A stretch of DNA of 64,000 bases, from NCBI GenBank assembly GCA_012295275.1, contig CM022677.1:17484001-17548000 (forward strand). The letters run 5' to 3'. The translations under genes and the position numbers were made by a program. Shown piece after piece: positions 1 to 11,354 of the stretch. The notes beneath the pieces were generated by a model. That model was not told the origin of the DNA, did not search any database, and saw only the letters and a list, made by a program, of their open reading frames with translations. How positions within the stretch are numbered: the first letter of the stretch is position 1; the number at the start of each line of letters is the position of its first letter. Source of the stretch: Chrysomallon squamiferum. Taxonomy: Eukaryota; Animalia; Mollusca.

Positions 1-103
1 TCTATTTGTATGAAGATCGGATGGCAGGAGTGTTTCCTCACCTCAGAAGGAGACGCAGACAACAAACAGCCGTCGAAAGAAGAACTCTGTTACGTGTCCT
101 GCT
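1..103 (+). CDS. ADAM10: ADAM10 exon (5'-truncated by the window), cysteine-rich domain: SICMKIGWQECFLTSEGDADNKQPSKEELCYVSC
   Basis: Frame 1 translation matches the ADAM10 Cys-rich pattern SIC..GL.EC...ELCH.CC. Donor GTACGT at 104, phase 1, compatible with the next exon. Confidence 0.88.
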
Positions 104-1340
104 GTACGTGTTTACACAGTTTACCTAATCTGTTACATGTTTACACAGTTTACCTAATCTGTTACGTGTTTACACAGTTTACCTAATCTGTTACATGTTT
201 ACACAGTTTACCTAGCCTGTTACGTGTTTACACAGTTTACTTAGTCTGTTACGTGTTTACACAGTTTACCTAATCTGTTACATGTTTACACAGTTTACCT
301 AATCTGTTACGTGTTTACACAGTTTACCTAATCTGTTACATGTTTACACAGTTTACCTAGCCTGTTACGTGTATACACAGTTTACTTAGTCTGTTACGTG
401 TTTACACAGTTTACCTAATCTGTTACGTGTATACACAGTTTACCTAATCTGTTACGTATTTACACAGTTTACTTAGACTGTTACGTGTTTACACAGTTTA
501 CTTAGACTGTTACATGTTCACCTAATCTGTTACGTGTTTACACAGTTTACCTAATCTGTTACGTGTTTACACAGTTTACCTAATCTGTTACATGTTTACA
601 CAGTTTACTTAGCCTGTTACGTGTTTACACAGTTTACCTAATCTGTTACGTGTTTACACAGTTTACTTAGCCTGTTACGTGTTTACACAGTTTACCTAAT
701 CTGTTATGTGTTTACACAGTTTACTTAGCCTGTTACGTGTTTACACAGTTTACCTAATCTGTTACGTGTTTACACAGTTTACTTAGCCTGTTACGTGTTT
801 ACACAGTTTACTCTTTTATGTGTCACTGTGTACATGTTTACAGTTTACTGTTATATGTCTCTGTGTACGTGTTTACACAGTTTACTCTGTTATGTGTCTG
901 TGTACATGTTTACAGTTTACTGTTATATGTCTCTGTGTACATGTTTACACAGTTTACTTAGCCTGATATGTGTCACTGTACATGTTTACACACTTTACTC
1001 TGTTATGTGTTACTGTACATGTTTACACAGTTTACTCTGTTATGTGTTACTGTACATGTTAACAGTTCACTCTGTTATGTGTTACTGTACATGTTTACAC
1101 AGTTTACTCTGTTATGTGTTACTGTACATGTTTACAGTTTACTCTGTTATGTGTCACTGTGTACATGTTTACACAGTTTACTCTTATGTGTCACAGTTTA
1201 CTGTTATGTGTCAGTGTACATGTTTACACAGTTTACTGTTATGTGTCAGTGTACATGTTTACACAATTTACTGTTATGTGTCAGTGTACATGTTTACACA
1301 GTTTACTCTGTTATATGTCTCTGTGGACATGTTTACAGTT
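85..1340 (+). repeat. Compound minisatellite derived from the ADAM10 exon end and donor: 29-bp unit (ctgttacgtgtttacacagtttacctaat) to about 810, then an about 37-bp unit (ctctgttatgtgttactgtacatgtttacacagttta)
   Basis: Tandem copies read directly. The unit resembles ctctgttacgtgtcctgct|gtacgtgtttacacagttta at the junction. Confidence 0.95.
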
Positions 1341-1449
1341 TTCTTTTCATAGATCAAAACAAATTAGTTCTTAAATGACATTTACATTTCTGACACAAAA
1401 CAGAGTCTGAAAACAGTGCTTGAACAAAGAAAATTTACATCTCTTTCAG

Positions 1450-1590
1450 ATAACAGTGAAACCAGCAAGTGTATAAGCTCGTTCAATAAGGAAGAATTGT
1501 CCAATCCTCAGAACAAACTTTTCAAAGACCTGTTACAACAACTAAGTGGGCAAAGGCAGGACAGTGTTGTAGGAATAAAATTACCACCAG
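1450..1590 (+). CDS. ADAM10: ADAM10 exon: (Y)NSETSKCISSFNKEELSNPQNKLFKDLLQQLSGQRQDSVVGIKLPP(G)
   Basis: tttcag acceptor, GTAAAT donor at 1591, 141 nt, phase 1-1. Links in frame into ...LPPGSPC of the next exon. Confidence 0.85.
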
Positions 1591-1799
1591 GTAAATGTTA
1601 CAGATTACACTCACACACATGCACGCACACACATACACACACACAGAAAATGTTACTATTATTTACACATTTTGCTTTTAAATCACAGTGTTCTGTCTTT
1701 AACTTCCGTGGTTTTTCTTTTGTTTTTAACTTGTTTTGTTTGACTTTTGTTGTTTTGATTGGGTTTTTGTTTTTCACATTTACAGGTACTTCTACAACT

Positions 1800-2310
1800 G
1801 CATTTACTTTCAATTTTTACTTCTACTTTTTACTTTCAGTTCTGTTTTTCCTTCTTCTTTTACTTTCGCTTCTATGTTTCCTTCTTTTTTTTACTTTTAC
1901 TTTCCCTTTTTTTTTTTCTTTTTTCACTTCTATTTTTTTTTTTTTTTTTACTTTTACTTCCGTTTCTATTTTCGCTTCTTTTTTTTACTTTTACTTTCAC
2001 TTCTGTTATTTATTTTTTTATTTTTTACTTTTACTTTTGCTTCTATTTTCACTTCATTTTTTACTTTTACTTTAGTTTCTATTTTTTACTTCTTTTTTTA
2101 CTTTTACTTTCGCTTCTATTTTTTACTTCTTTTTTTTACTTTTACTTTCGCTTCTATTTTCACTTCATTTTTTTACTTTTACTTTCACTTCTATTTTTAC
2201 TTTTACTTTCGCTTCATTTTTTTTTTTTTTTTGCTTTTACTTTCGCTTCTATTTTTTACTTCATCCCTTTTTTTTTTTTCACTTTCAACTCTCACTTCTG
2301 TTTTTAACTT
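1800..2310 (+). repeat. Pyrimidine-rich degenerate repeat (ttttactttcgcttctatt variants)
   Basis: Recurrent ttttac/tttcacttc units; source of the Phe/Leu-rich spurious ORFs. Confidence 0.9.
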
Positions 2311-2350
2311 TTTAAGCGTTGCTTATTTTACGTTTCTGTTCTTCTCGCAG

Positions 2351-2490
2351 GGTCACCGTGTGACAATTTCCGAGGTTACTGTGATGTTTTTCATCTGTGT
2401 CGCGGTGTGGATGCTGACGGCCCACTTGCCCGACTCAAAAATCTCATCTTCAATCCAAAAACTTTGCAAACAATCAAAGAGTGGATTGTT
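2351..2490 (+). CDS. ADAM10: ADAM10 exon: [47 protein letters not shown]
   Basis: Near-identical to the ADAM10 hallmark [27 protein letters not shown]. cgcag acceptor and GTAAGT donor. Confidence 0.96.
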
Positions 2491-3336
2491 GTAAGTATTG
2501 ACAAAAAAAAAAAAATAATAATGTTTTTATCTTTTAAAGGAAATATATCTCACTTATTTTAATGAAACGAGCATAATCAGTAATTCCATCTGTCCATTAT
2601 GACTGTTTGATTGTCTGACTGTCTGTCTGTCTGTCTGTCTGTCTCTCTGTATCCTGTCTCTAGACTTTCTGTCAATTATTCAATTCTGTGTGTGGATAAA
2701 TATAAAGGTTTTTACTTTGTTATTAACTAAGATTTTGATGTTAAAAAAAATCTATAAAAAAATAAAAAAAATAAAAATACCAGGAATTTTACATAATGTT
2801 TATACACTGTTTGATGATAGAAACAGATTTGAATATACTGATTAAAAACCTATACTGCATGTAGATTTTTAGTTGTTTTTTTTTTTAAATTTTAAAACAA
2901 ACAAAAATTGTTTAACTTGTTACCGTGACTACTTATTTGATGATAGAAACAAACTGAATATATTTACAAATACTTATACTCAATGTATGTTTTTTTATTA
3001 TTTTTTTATTATTAACAGAAATGTCTTAATTTAAAAAAAAAGAAAAAAAAAGTTTTTTTCATTATACTCCATGCACTGAAGATTGTTTTTATATATTTTT
3101 TTAACACAAAAAGTCATAATTTTAATTAAAAAATATATATATATATATATTTTTATTTTTTTACCTGTAACAGGTAAATATTTTTTTTTAACCAAAAAGT
3201 CTTTTTTTAATTTAAATTTAATTTTTTTTTTTTAACCCAACCATTCTAAAATTTTTTTTAACAAAAAAATTTTAATTAAAAAAAATATATATATTTTTAA
3301 AAACATTTTTAACCTGTTACTATGGTTACTTAACAG

Positions 3337-3525
3337 CTGCACTGGTGGGCAGTGATGCTGATGAGCATTGGTCTGGTGGTCGTCATGGGAGTCTTCATCA
3401 AGGTGTGCGCCGTGCACACGCCCAGCAGCAACCCGCGCAAGCCACCAGCGAGGAAGCTGTCCTTCACCTTGCGACATCGGCAGCTACCCAAGCCACAAGG
3501 CGTCCAGGAAGCTGTCAGATACGGG
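3337..3525 (+). CDS. ADAM10: ADAM10 transmembrane and juxtamembrane exon: LHWWAVMLMSIGLVVVMGVFIKVCAVHTPSSNPRKPPARKLSFTLRHRQ...
   Basis: HWWAV...FIK.C.VHTPSSNP is diagnostic of ADAM10. aacag acceptor, GTAAGA donor, 189 nt, phase 0-0. Confidence 0.96.
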
Positions 3526-3789
3526 GTAAGATGACAACGATAATTTTTTGAATTTTTAAAAAAAAATTATTTTATTTTTTTTATTTTTTTATTTTTTTTG
3601 TTTGTGTATCCTGGATGTGTGTGTCTTTTTTTTTTGTTTTTTTTTAAAGCATGAGTAGAATAGTTTCAGCTTTGAGAGGGTTATAGGTGTTATATATAGA
3701 GAGGGAATTATAAATAATAAAAAAATTAAAACAAATTAAAAAAATAAAGGTTTAAAAAAAAAATTATAAGAGAAAAGTGTTAAAATGTG

Positions 3790-4643
3790 TAGAGAATAGG
3801 GTTACGGTTAAAAATGTGTATGTGATAGGATTGTGGTTAAAAATGTGTATGTGATAGTATTGTGGTTAAAAATGTGTATGTGATAGGATTGTGGTTAAAA
3901 ATGTATACATGATAGGATTGTGGTTAAAAATGTGTACATGATAGGATTGTGGTTAAAAATGTATATCTGATAGGATTGTGGTTAAAACATATACATGATA
4001 GGATTATGGTTAGAGTATACATGATTATGATAGGATTATGGTTAAAATGTTTACATGATAGGATTGTGGTTAAAAATGTATATGTGATAGGATTGTGGTT
4101 AAAATGTATACATGATAGGACTGGCTAAAATGTATACATGATTATGATAGGATTATGGTTAAAATGTATACATGATTATGATAGGATTATGGTTAAAATG
4201 TATACATGATAGGATTGTGGTTAAACATGTATACATGATAGGATTATGGTTAGAGTGTATACATGATTATGATAGGATTATGGTAAAATGTGTAGATTAT
4301 AAGTCAGTGTTTAAAATATATGAGTATGTATATACCTGTATATAAGGCAATGGTCAAACTGTATAGATACCAGAGAATTGTTAAAATGTCTAGGTAATAG
4401 GAGTGTGGTTAAAATGTATAGCTGATAGGGGTATGGAATGTTGTGGTTAAAATGTGTAGATAGAGGATATTGTTAATCATACATACATGTTATGGTTAAT
4501 TGTATAGATAGAAGTTTTAAATATGTGTACAGAGGTTATAGTTAAAATGTATATATATAGAGGTATATTGTTAAAATGTATACAGAGGGATATGGTCACA
4601 ATGTATAAATAGAAGGGTATGGTTTTAAATGTGTATGTATAGC

Positions 4644-4689
<46 letters not shown>

Positions 4690-4740
4690 GGTATAGTAAC
4701 TAAAATGTGTAGATGTAGGGATATGGTAAAATATTGCTTT
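3790..4740 (+). repeat. About 29-bp minisatellite (gataggattgtggttaaaaatgtgtatgt) decaying 3'-ward, with (GT)n
   Basis: Tandem copies are clear from 3800 to 4290 and degenerate after that. Confidence 0.9.
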
Positions 4741-5563
4741 AGTCTTTTTTGTCCTGTGTTTTAAACAGGTTATTTTTGGGGGCTAGAGAAATGGTTAAAA
4801 TACACAGACAGAACAAAAATTAACACTATAAAGAGAATATCAATCAGAAAATTAGGTTCGTAATATTTATTTGTATTACCAGTACTATTTATATAAAAAA
4901 AAAAAAAAAAAATTAGTAAACAACATTTTAACAGTGAAAGGGAAAAAATATATAGCATACTTTGTTTTCTTGTCATTTCTTTACTGCATGCAAAAAGCCA
5001 CAGTAGTTTTCACTATCACTGATTTCTCTTGGTTTAGTTATTTCCTGCCTGTCGTGTATGTAGATTCATCATGAGTTTAAGCATTACATTCAGTAGTGTG
5101 TGATGTTGGGGCACGAATTTTGCATTAGTTTGTAGGAAAGTTGAACGTTATTTCTTGTAGATCAGTTGCTTTTGTCATATCTGTGTTATTTCAAAATACA
5201 CCTGTCATTTTGTTTAGTTTTAAAAAAGTGCCACCAAAAACTGGTAATTTAGTATTTAGTTGCACACACACACACACACACACTATGAGAATCTGATAAT
5301 AGAATACGTTGCCATTGTTTTTTTTGGGGGTTTGCAAACAAATTTCTAGACAGTTTTCTAAGAAAAACACCCCTGAAACTGCAACAAAAATCAAAGCAGT
5401 CAAATAGTAAAAACAAAACTAAATTGACAAGAACTCTCTTTATGAATGAATGAAATTCACAAAATTTCAAAAAAATATTTTAATGCTGTTGAATGTTCAA
5501 CATAATGGCTAGATGAAATATTTCTAACTCGTGTTAGTGAAGTGTTATTGAATTTGTCTCCAG

Positions 5564-5605
5564 CTTGGGGCTATGAAGCCAGACTGGTCTAAGGCCATAA
5601 GGAAG
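5564..5605 (+). CDS. ADAM10: Candidate ADAM10 cassette exon LGAMKPDWSKAIRK (a second in-frame donor would extend it to 5659)
   Basis: GC-rich island in an AT-rich intron. tttgtctccag acceptor, AAG|GTGAGG donor, phase 0-0, no stop. No homology support. Confidence 0.4.
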
Positions 5606-6004
5606 GTGAGGAGGGGAGTCGCTGGGACTGGGACTTCAGATTGCAGATTTTTATATATTGTAAGCTTGGTCTTTGTTTTGTTTTTAAATGAATGAAAAAA
5701 ATAAACAACTTTATCCAGTGACAGATTCCCGTGATACAACAACAGACGTCGTCAAACAGTTAAAACAAAATAATAACTTCATAACTAGTTAAGATGATTT
5801 ATCAAAAAAATATAAAATAGATAAGTAACTTTTACTAAACCACATTCATAAATAAATAAAAAATTGCAATAACAAACAAAATAGCTGGGTAAAAGAAATA
5901 CTGTTATTGGATGGGTATGACATGTCTAAAATATCTTGCTGTGAATCATTTAAAGACTTTCTGTTTCCAACCCTCTGTTTAATCCCATTTCTCCTTTACC
6001 TTGT

Positions 6005-6109
<105 letters not shown>

Positions 6110-6431
6110 ATAATATGTATAAACACAGACAAACTGCAGTGCCTATTTCTCACCCAGTAGCTGTTAATCAATAGCGACTGAACAGTTTATCTTCTTACAA
6201 TGTAATTCAGTTCACAGCTGAAAAATTGTCTATTAAAAAAACGCCAAGCTTACATAAAATTTAAACATCTGCAGTTTTTAGCTGTCTTGTGCCTCATTTG
6301 TACAATTTTTGTACAATTTTTCTTGTTCGAGTTTTAATAAATGAAAATAATCAAGAGTGATAGGTGAGTTATATTGTTCTCTTGTGTTCAGATGTACAGA
6401 AATATACTTCTGGTGATACAAAGATTTCATT

Positions 6432-6505
<74 letters not shown>

Positions 6506-6987
6506 CCTATATATATATCACCTGTTTATATTTTTCAGTTACATTTGAATTAAAAATAAAATAAATAAAACTATATAAAGAGCTTAAATAATATTGATTT
6601 TTGTCTTATCTGTTTTTTTTTTTTGCTGTCAACCTTTATTGATAATTAAGTTTGATAATGTGACAAGATGGACATAAGCCTGTTTCTTTAATTTTATTTT
6701 TATTTTTATTAATGAGGTTATTCAGTGATAGTTATCATCTGGGGATGTCAGATTATAGACTCTGTTCTTTATGGTATTCCTCTCCATAGAGCAATTAAAG
6801 TTAGCCTTGCAAATTAATATTATACTGTTAATGGGAAGGTTTGTTACAGAGAAATGTTTACTGCTAATCACAGAGAGTGGTATTTTGAGCTATTGGATTT
6901 TTCTGTTATCCTTTAGTGACAAAATGAACTGAACATTTGAATCTTAATTATTTCTAGCGTATTAATTATTATTATTATTACTATTAC

Positions 6988-7044
<57 letters not shown>

Positions 7045-7322
7045 TATTATTATTTTGTAATTTATTGTTTTTAGACCCTTTGAAGAAAAATAAATGGTTA
7101 AAAAAGAATTCGTCTTTATGCACAATTTTTTTTGTTTAATGGAATTAGAATTTATTTATTTATTTATTTATAATTTTAAAATGATTTAAAAAAAAATATA
7201 TTATTACTTTTTTAAATTTGTTTCTTTAGCTTTAGCATTTGGATCACTTTATATACCTTGATAATTTTATTTTATTTTATTTATTTATTTAATTTTAAAC
7301 TTGTACTTCTTTTGCCCAACAG

Positions 7323-7364
7323 GCTTTACAAAAACCTATCATGTCTGGCAGTTACCCAGTGTAA
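7323..7364 (+). CDS. ADAM10: Candidate alternative terminal ADAM10 exon ALQKPIMSGSYPV*
   Basis: Good pyrimidine tract and acceptor (cttcttttgcccaacag). Phase 0 reading ends in YPV-stop, with AATAAA downstream. No homology support. Confidence 0.35.
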   Translation, partial: ALQKPIMSGSYPV

Positions 7365-8325
7365 CCATAGCGATCACAGTAATTTCACATTTTCTTACTT
7401 TGTTAACTAATAACTTGTAATCCCATACAGCTATTTATTTAAGCTTCTGGAATGAGTTTTTCGTTTAAAAAAAAAAAAAAAAAAATAAAAAAAAAAAAAA
7501 TACTATTTTCATAATGGCGGTGGTGTAATTGTGATACAGTTTGTAAAGCAAGATTCTCTTTTCCTGTCTTTTGCATCAGTGGTGCTAGTTCATATTGTTA
7601 AAAAAGAAAATATAGTCAGTTCTGCTTAATTTAAGTATTTATTTATATTTTTTTTATATATAACATAATGCTGTTTATAATAATTGTTTATATTCCGAGA
7701 TTGTAAATAAAAATATTAAAATGAATTCATGATTATTTTTACCAAAAATGGAGATAAGTAAAGATTTTGAATAAATTAAATAAAGAATTAATGTATTGTG
7801 TATTAAAGTGCTTTTAATTTAAAGATTGCATGAAGCAGAATTGACTTCTAGAAAAGAAACTAACCCCAAAAAAATAGATAAAAATAGTTTCAGTAATTTG
7901 AAACTCAAGAATGTTATTTATTTTTGTTGATGATTCATTATTATAAACTTGATTATAAAATATGACTCTTTTCCCCACTACTTCAAAAATCTGTTACATT
8001 TATAATTAACCCATAGACCCATATAAAAACAATATTATTTTTCCTTAAATATAATTACTTTCATTACATTTATAATTCTTGAAAAGAAAACATTTTGAAA
8101 CCACAATTCCCTAATCTGAAACAACTTGTAATTATCATAAATCAAAAGGCAAAAACCAAATTATTTATTTTGATGAGATTTTTTTTATTATTATTATTTT
8201 TCTTTTTTCTCTAATATTAAAAAGAAACTTAAAAAGAAAAATAAATATTTGTTCACATTCACAATTTCCTAGCTTTTTGCAGCTATTTGTGCACTTTTTT
8301 CTTATAGCACTTTATATATATATAC

Positions 8326-8448
<123 letters not shown>

Positions 8449-9137
8449 CACTTCATATTTCAAATTTCTTTTCCTTTTGCCTTCTTATATGAATGTTTTC
8501 TCTCTCGGCTTATTAATTAAAATAAAATGCATTTGAAGCGTGTATATATATAGATACTGCCAGAATTATTTCTTAAAATGTACTGTGATAAGTAAAATAT
8601 AAGCTATAATATGGTGGATGATATTTTTCAGTAATAGTGGCATGTTGCTTCTTTTGCAGTTATTTTAATAATTTTGTGTGTGTGTGTTTTTATTTTCTAT
8701 ATTATTTATTTATTTAAATTTTTAAATAATTTTCTGGATCATTGGTTTCAGATATTAAGTGATAAGCGAAGCATGTTTTATGAATTTTTAAATAAATTTT
8801 TCTTTTATTTAATTTTTCTTTTATTTATTTATCAATTTATGTATTAATTTACTAATTTCTACTGTTTCTGGTTTTTAATTTCATTTTTTTAAATTTTTGG
8901 TGGGGTTTGGTAATTGTTCATTTTTAGATTTTATTATTAATATATTTTGCGAGTTCGTTTAGTTTATTTGTTTGTTTAAATAGATTTCTGACTGTTATTT
9001 GAGAACAGTAATTTATCAAATTATTTTCATTTTATTTTATTTATACTTTACTTTAGTCTTTAGTTTTGTTTTAAACTTTAACAAATTTGTTTTAACTTTT
9101 TAAAATATTTTTGTAAATGTTAGATATTTCACAATGT

Positions 9138-9201
<64 letters not shown>

Positions 9202-9291
9202 AACTTTTAAAAATTTAATTCACAAAATAAAACAGGTAATAATAATTAAATTCTGAAAATCAGAAATCTGTTGTTAAATTTTGATGTAATT

Positions 9292-9330
<39 letters not shown>

Positions 9331-9912
9331 TTTCTCCACTGCTTTTAATTTTTAAAATTCATTTTTGCTAATTTGAGGAGAATAACAGCAAAGCATAGTC
9401 CTAGTAGTTAACTGATAAACAAACTTTGTGTTTTACCTTTAAGAATACACATCTGTAAATAAAATAAATAACATAGGTGTGATCATAATAGTTAGTAAGT
9501 TGAAAAGAAGATTGAAAATGAGTACATTTGTAAATTTAGAAAAATTGTTATATATATATATATAAACTTTTACCAGATACACATGAAGAATTTATAATTA
9601 CAGTTGCATAACTGAGATTTTTATAAATACTTTTATTATAAATATACAAAAGCAGTTTTATTATTATAATTTTTTTTTTTTTGTATAATTTACAATATTA
9701 AAAATATTTTATATAATTAATTTCTTTTATTTAGCGATTTATATATTAATTTACTTATTTTAAAAATATTACATGATATAGTATTATAATATTCTGTTAT
9801 AAAATTATTTACTAATTTATTTTATATATATATAGATATAGTCAGAATAAATCTTTGTAGCTTGAAAATTGTTAACATGAATTTCAAATAATTTACTAAT
9901 TTTTTATTTATT

Positions 9913-10001
<89 letters not shown>

Positions 10002-10054
10002 ATATTTAATTTTTTTTTTAATTTTAATTTTTAATTTTTCTTTTTTTTTTCCAG

Positions 10055-10288
10055 GAACCACCCCCTCCATATTCTGGTCCTTCAGTTGGCGGTCCTGCTC
10101 ATGGGAAAGGCCCTCGATATGCTCAGGGGGGTGGGGCTAAAGGTGGCAGTAGTGGTGCGGGGGTGAAAAGCAATAAACCGGGTGGGAAAGGCGGTGGTAG
10201 TAGCAGTAAAAGTGGTGGTCGTCAGGACGTGAAATTCAATCAAAGCAAACAGTCGAGACAAGACATTGAAATGCAGCAAAGAATTTGA
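10055..10288 (+). CDS. ADAM10: ADAM10 terminal exon, Pro/Gly-rich cytoplasmic tail EPPPPYSGPSVGG...SRQDIEMQQRI*
   Basis: Long T tract plus ccag acceptor. 78 open codons ending in TGA, phase 0 matching the TM exon, GC-rich island. Confidence 0.8.
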   Translation, partial: EPPPPYSGPSVGGPAHGKGPRYAQGGGAKGGSSGAGVKSNKPGGKGGGSSSKSGGRQDVKFNQSKQSRQDIEMQQRI

Positions 10289-10378
10289 TTTGTGTTTTTT
10301 GTTTAAATTGCAATAACATTTTTTATTTTTTTATTATTTGTAAATCCAGTTTTATTTGTTATCTATCTTCCATTGTTT

Positions 10379-10433
<55 letters not shown>

Positions 10434-11321
10434 ATTTTTTTTAGATTTTTTTTAAATAAATCGTGTCCGAGTATATATTTTTTTACAAGTACAAAAGAAG
10501 AAGAATAAAACATGCATGTGAAATCATCCAAATATTGTTTTATTATTATTATTGTTTTAATTTTTTTTATTTTTAAATATTTGTTGGCAGACAATCTTTG
10601 CTGATAATAAAGTATGACCACTTATGAAAGATTTATCAACAGCAGCTCACGATATCGTATAAATGTTGAAAATTTAGTGTTTTATTATATTTGTATTGTG
10701 GTATAAAAAGTAAAACCCCGACAAACTGAGTTGATTATTAAACAGTATGGTTCGGTCTGTTGGGAATTGTTTTACTTTTTAATGTATTACATGAATTATT
10801 GTAAAAAGACATTATCTATGTCTGATTTAATAGAATATTATTTAGTTTGGATTTTTTGTAGGTCAAAGATACAATTAAATATGCAGTTCTTTTTCTTATC
10901 CTTTCTTTTAAATTTTTTATTATTATTTGTTTTATAATAATAATAATTAAAAAGTTCTGGTATTGAAATGCTTCTGAACTGACAATTTAAATTACTTGTC
11001 TAATAATGGTTAAAATAACCCTACTTGTTAAATTATATTTTGAAGTAAATTAAAAAATCAACATTAACAAAAAGTTTTAATACTGAAAAATGACATTTTT
11101 ATGCATTCTTGTTTGATATGTTTATACAAGACTGTTTCTGAAGAATGAACAAAATTGTTATTAGTGAATATAGGTTTTAGCAAATTTGAACACAATGTAC
11201 ATAATTCAATAATAAATTTAGCAATAACACTAATAATAGTAATAACAATAATGAAAAATAATCATAATAGAAATAAATAAAGCAATAAAAAATATTATTA
11301 AGATCACCACTTGAACTATAT

Positions 11322-11354
<33 letters not shown>

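Noticed and set aside
795-1378. Cys-rich ORFs of 86-185 aa
   Set aside because: Translations of the intronic minisatellite; open in several frames, with no splice or homology support.
1591-2350. Long Phe/Leu-rich ORFs that look like membrane proteins
   Set aside because: T-rich low-complexity intron lacking stops. Only 1450-1590 and 2351-2490 are real exons.
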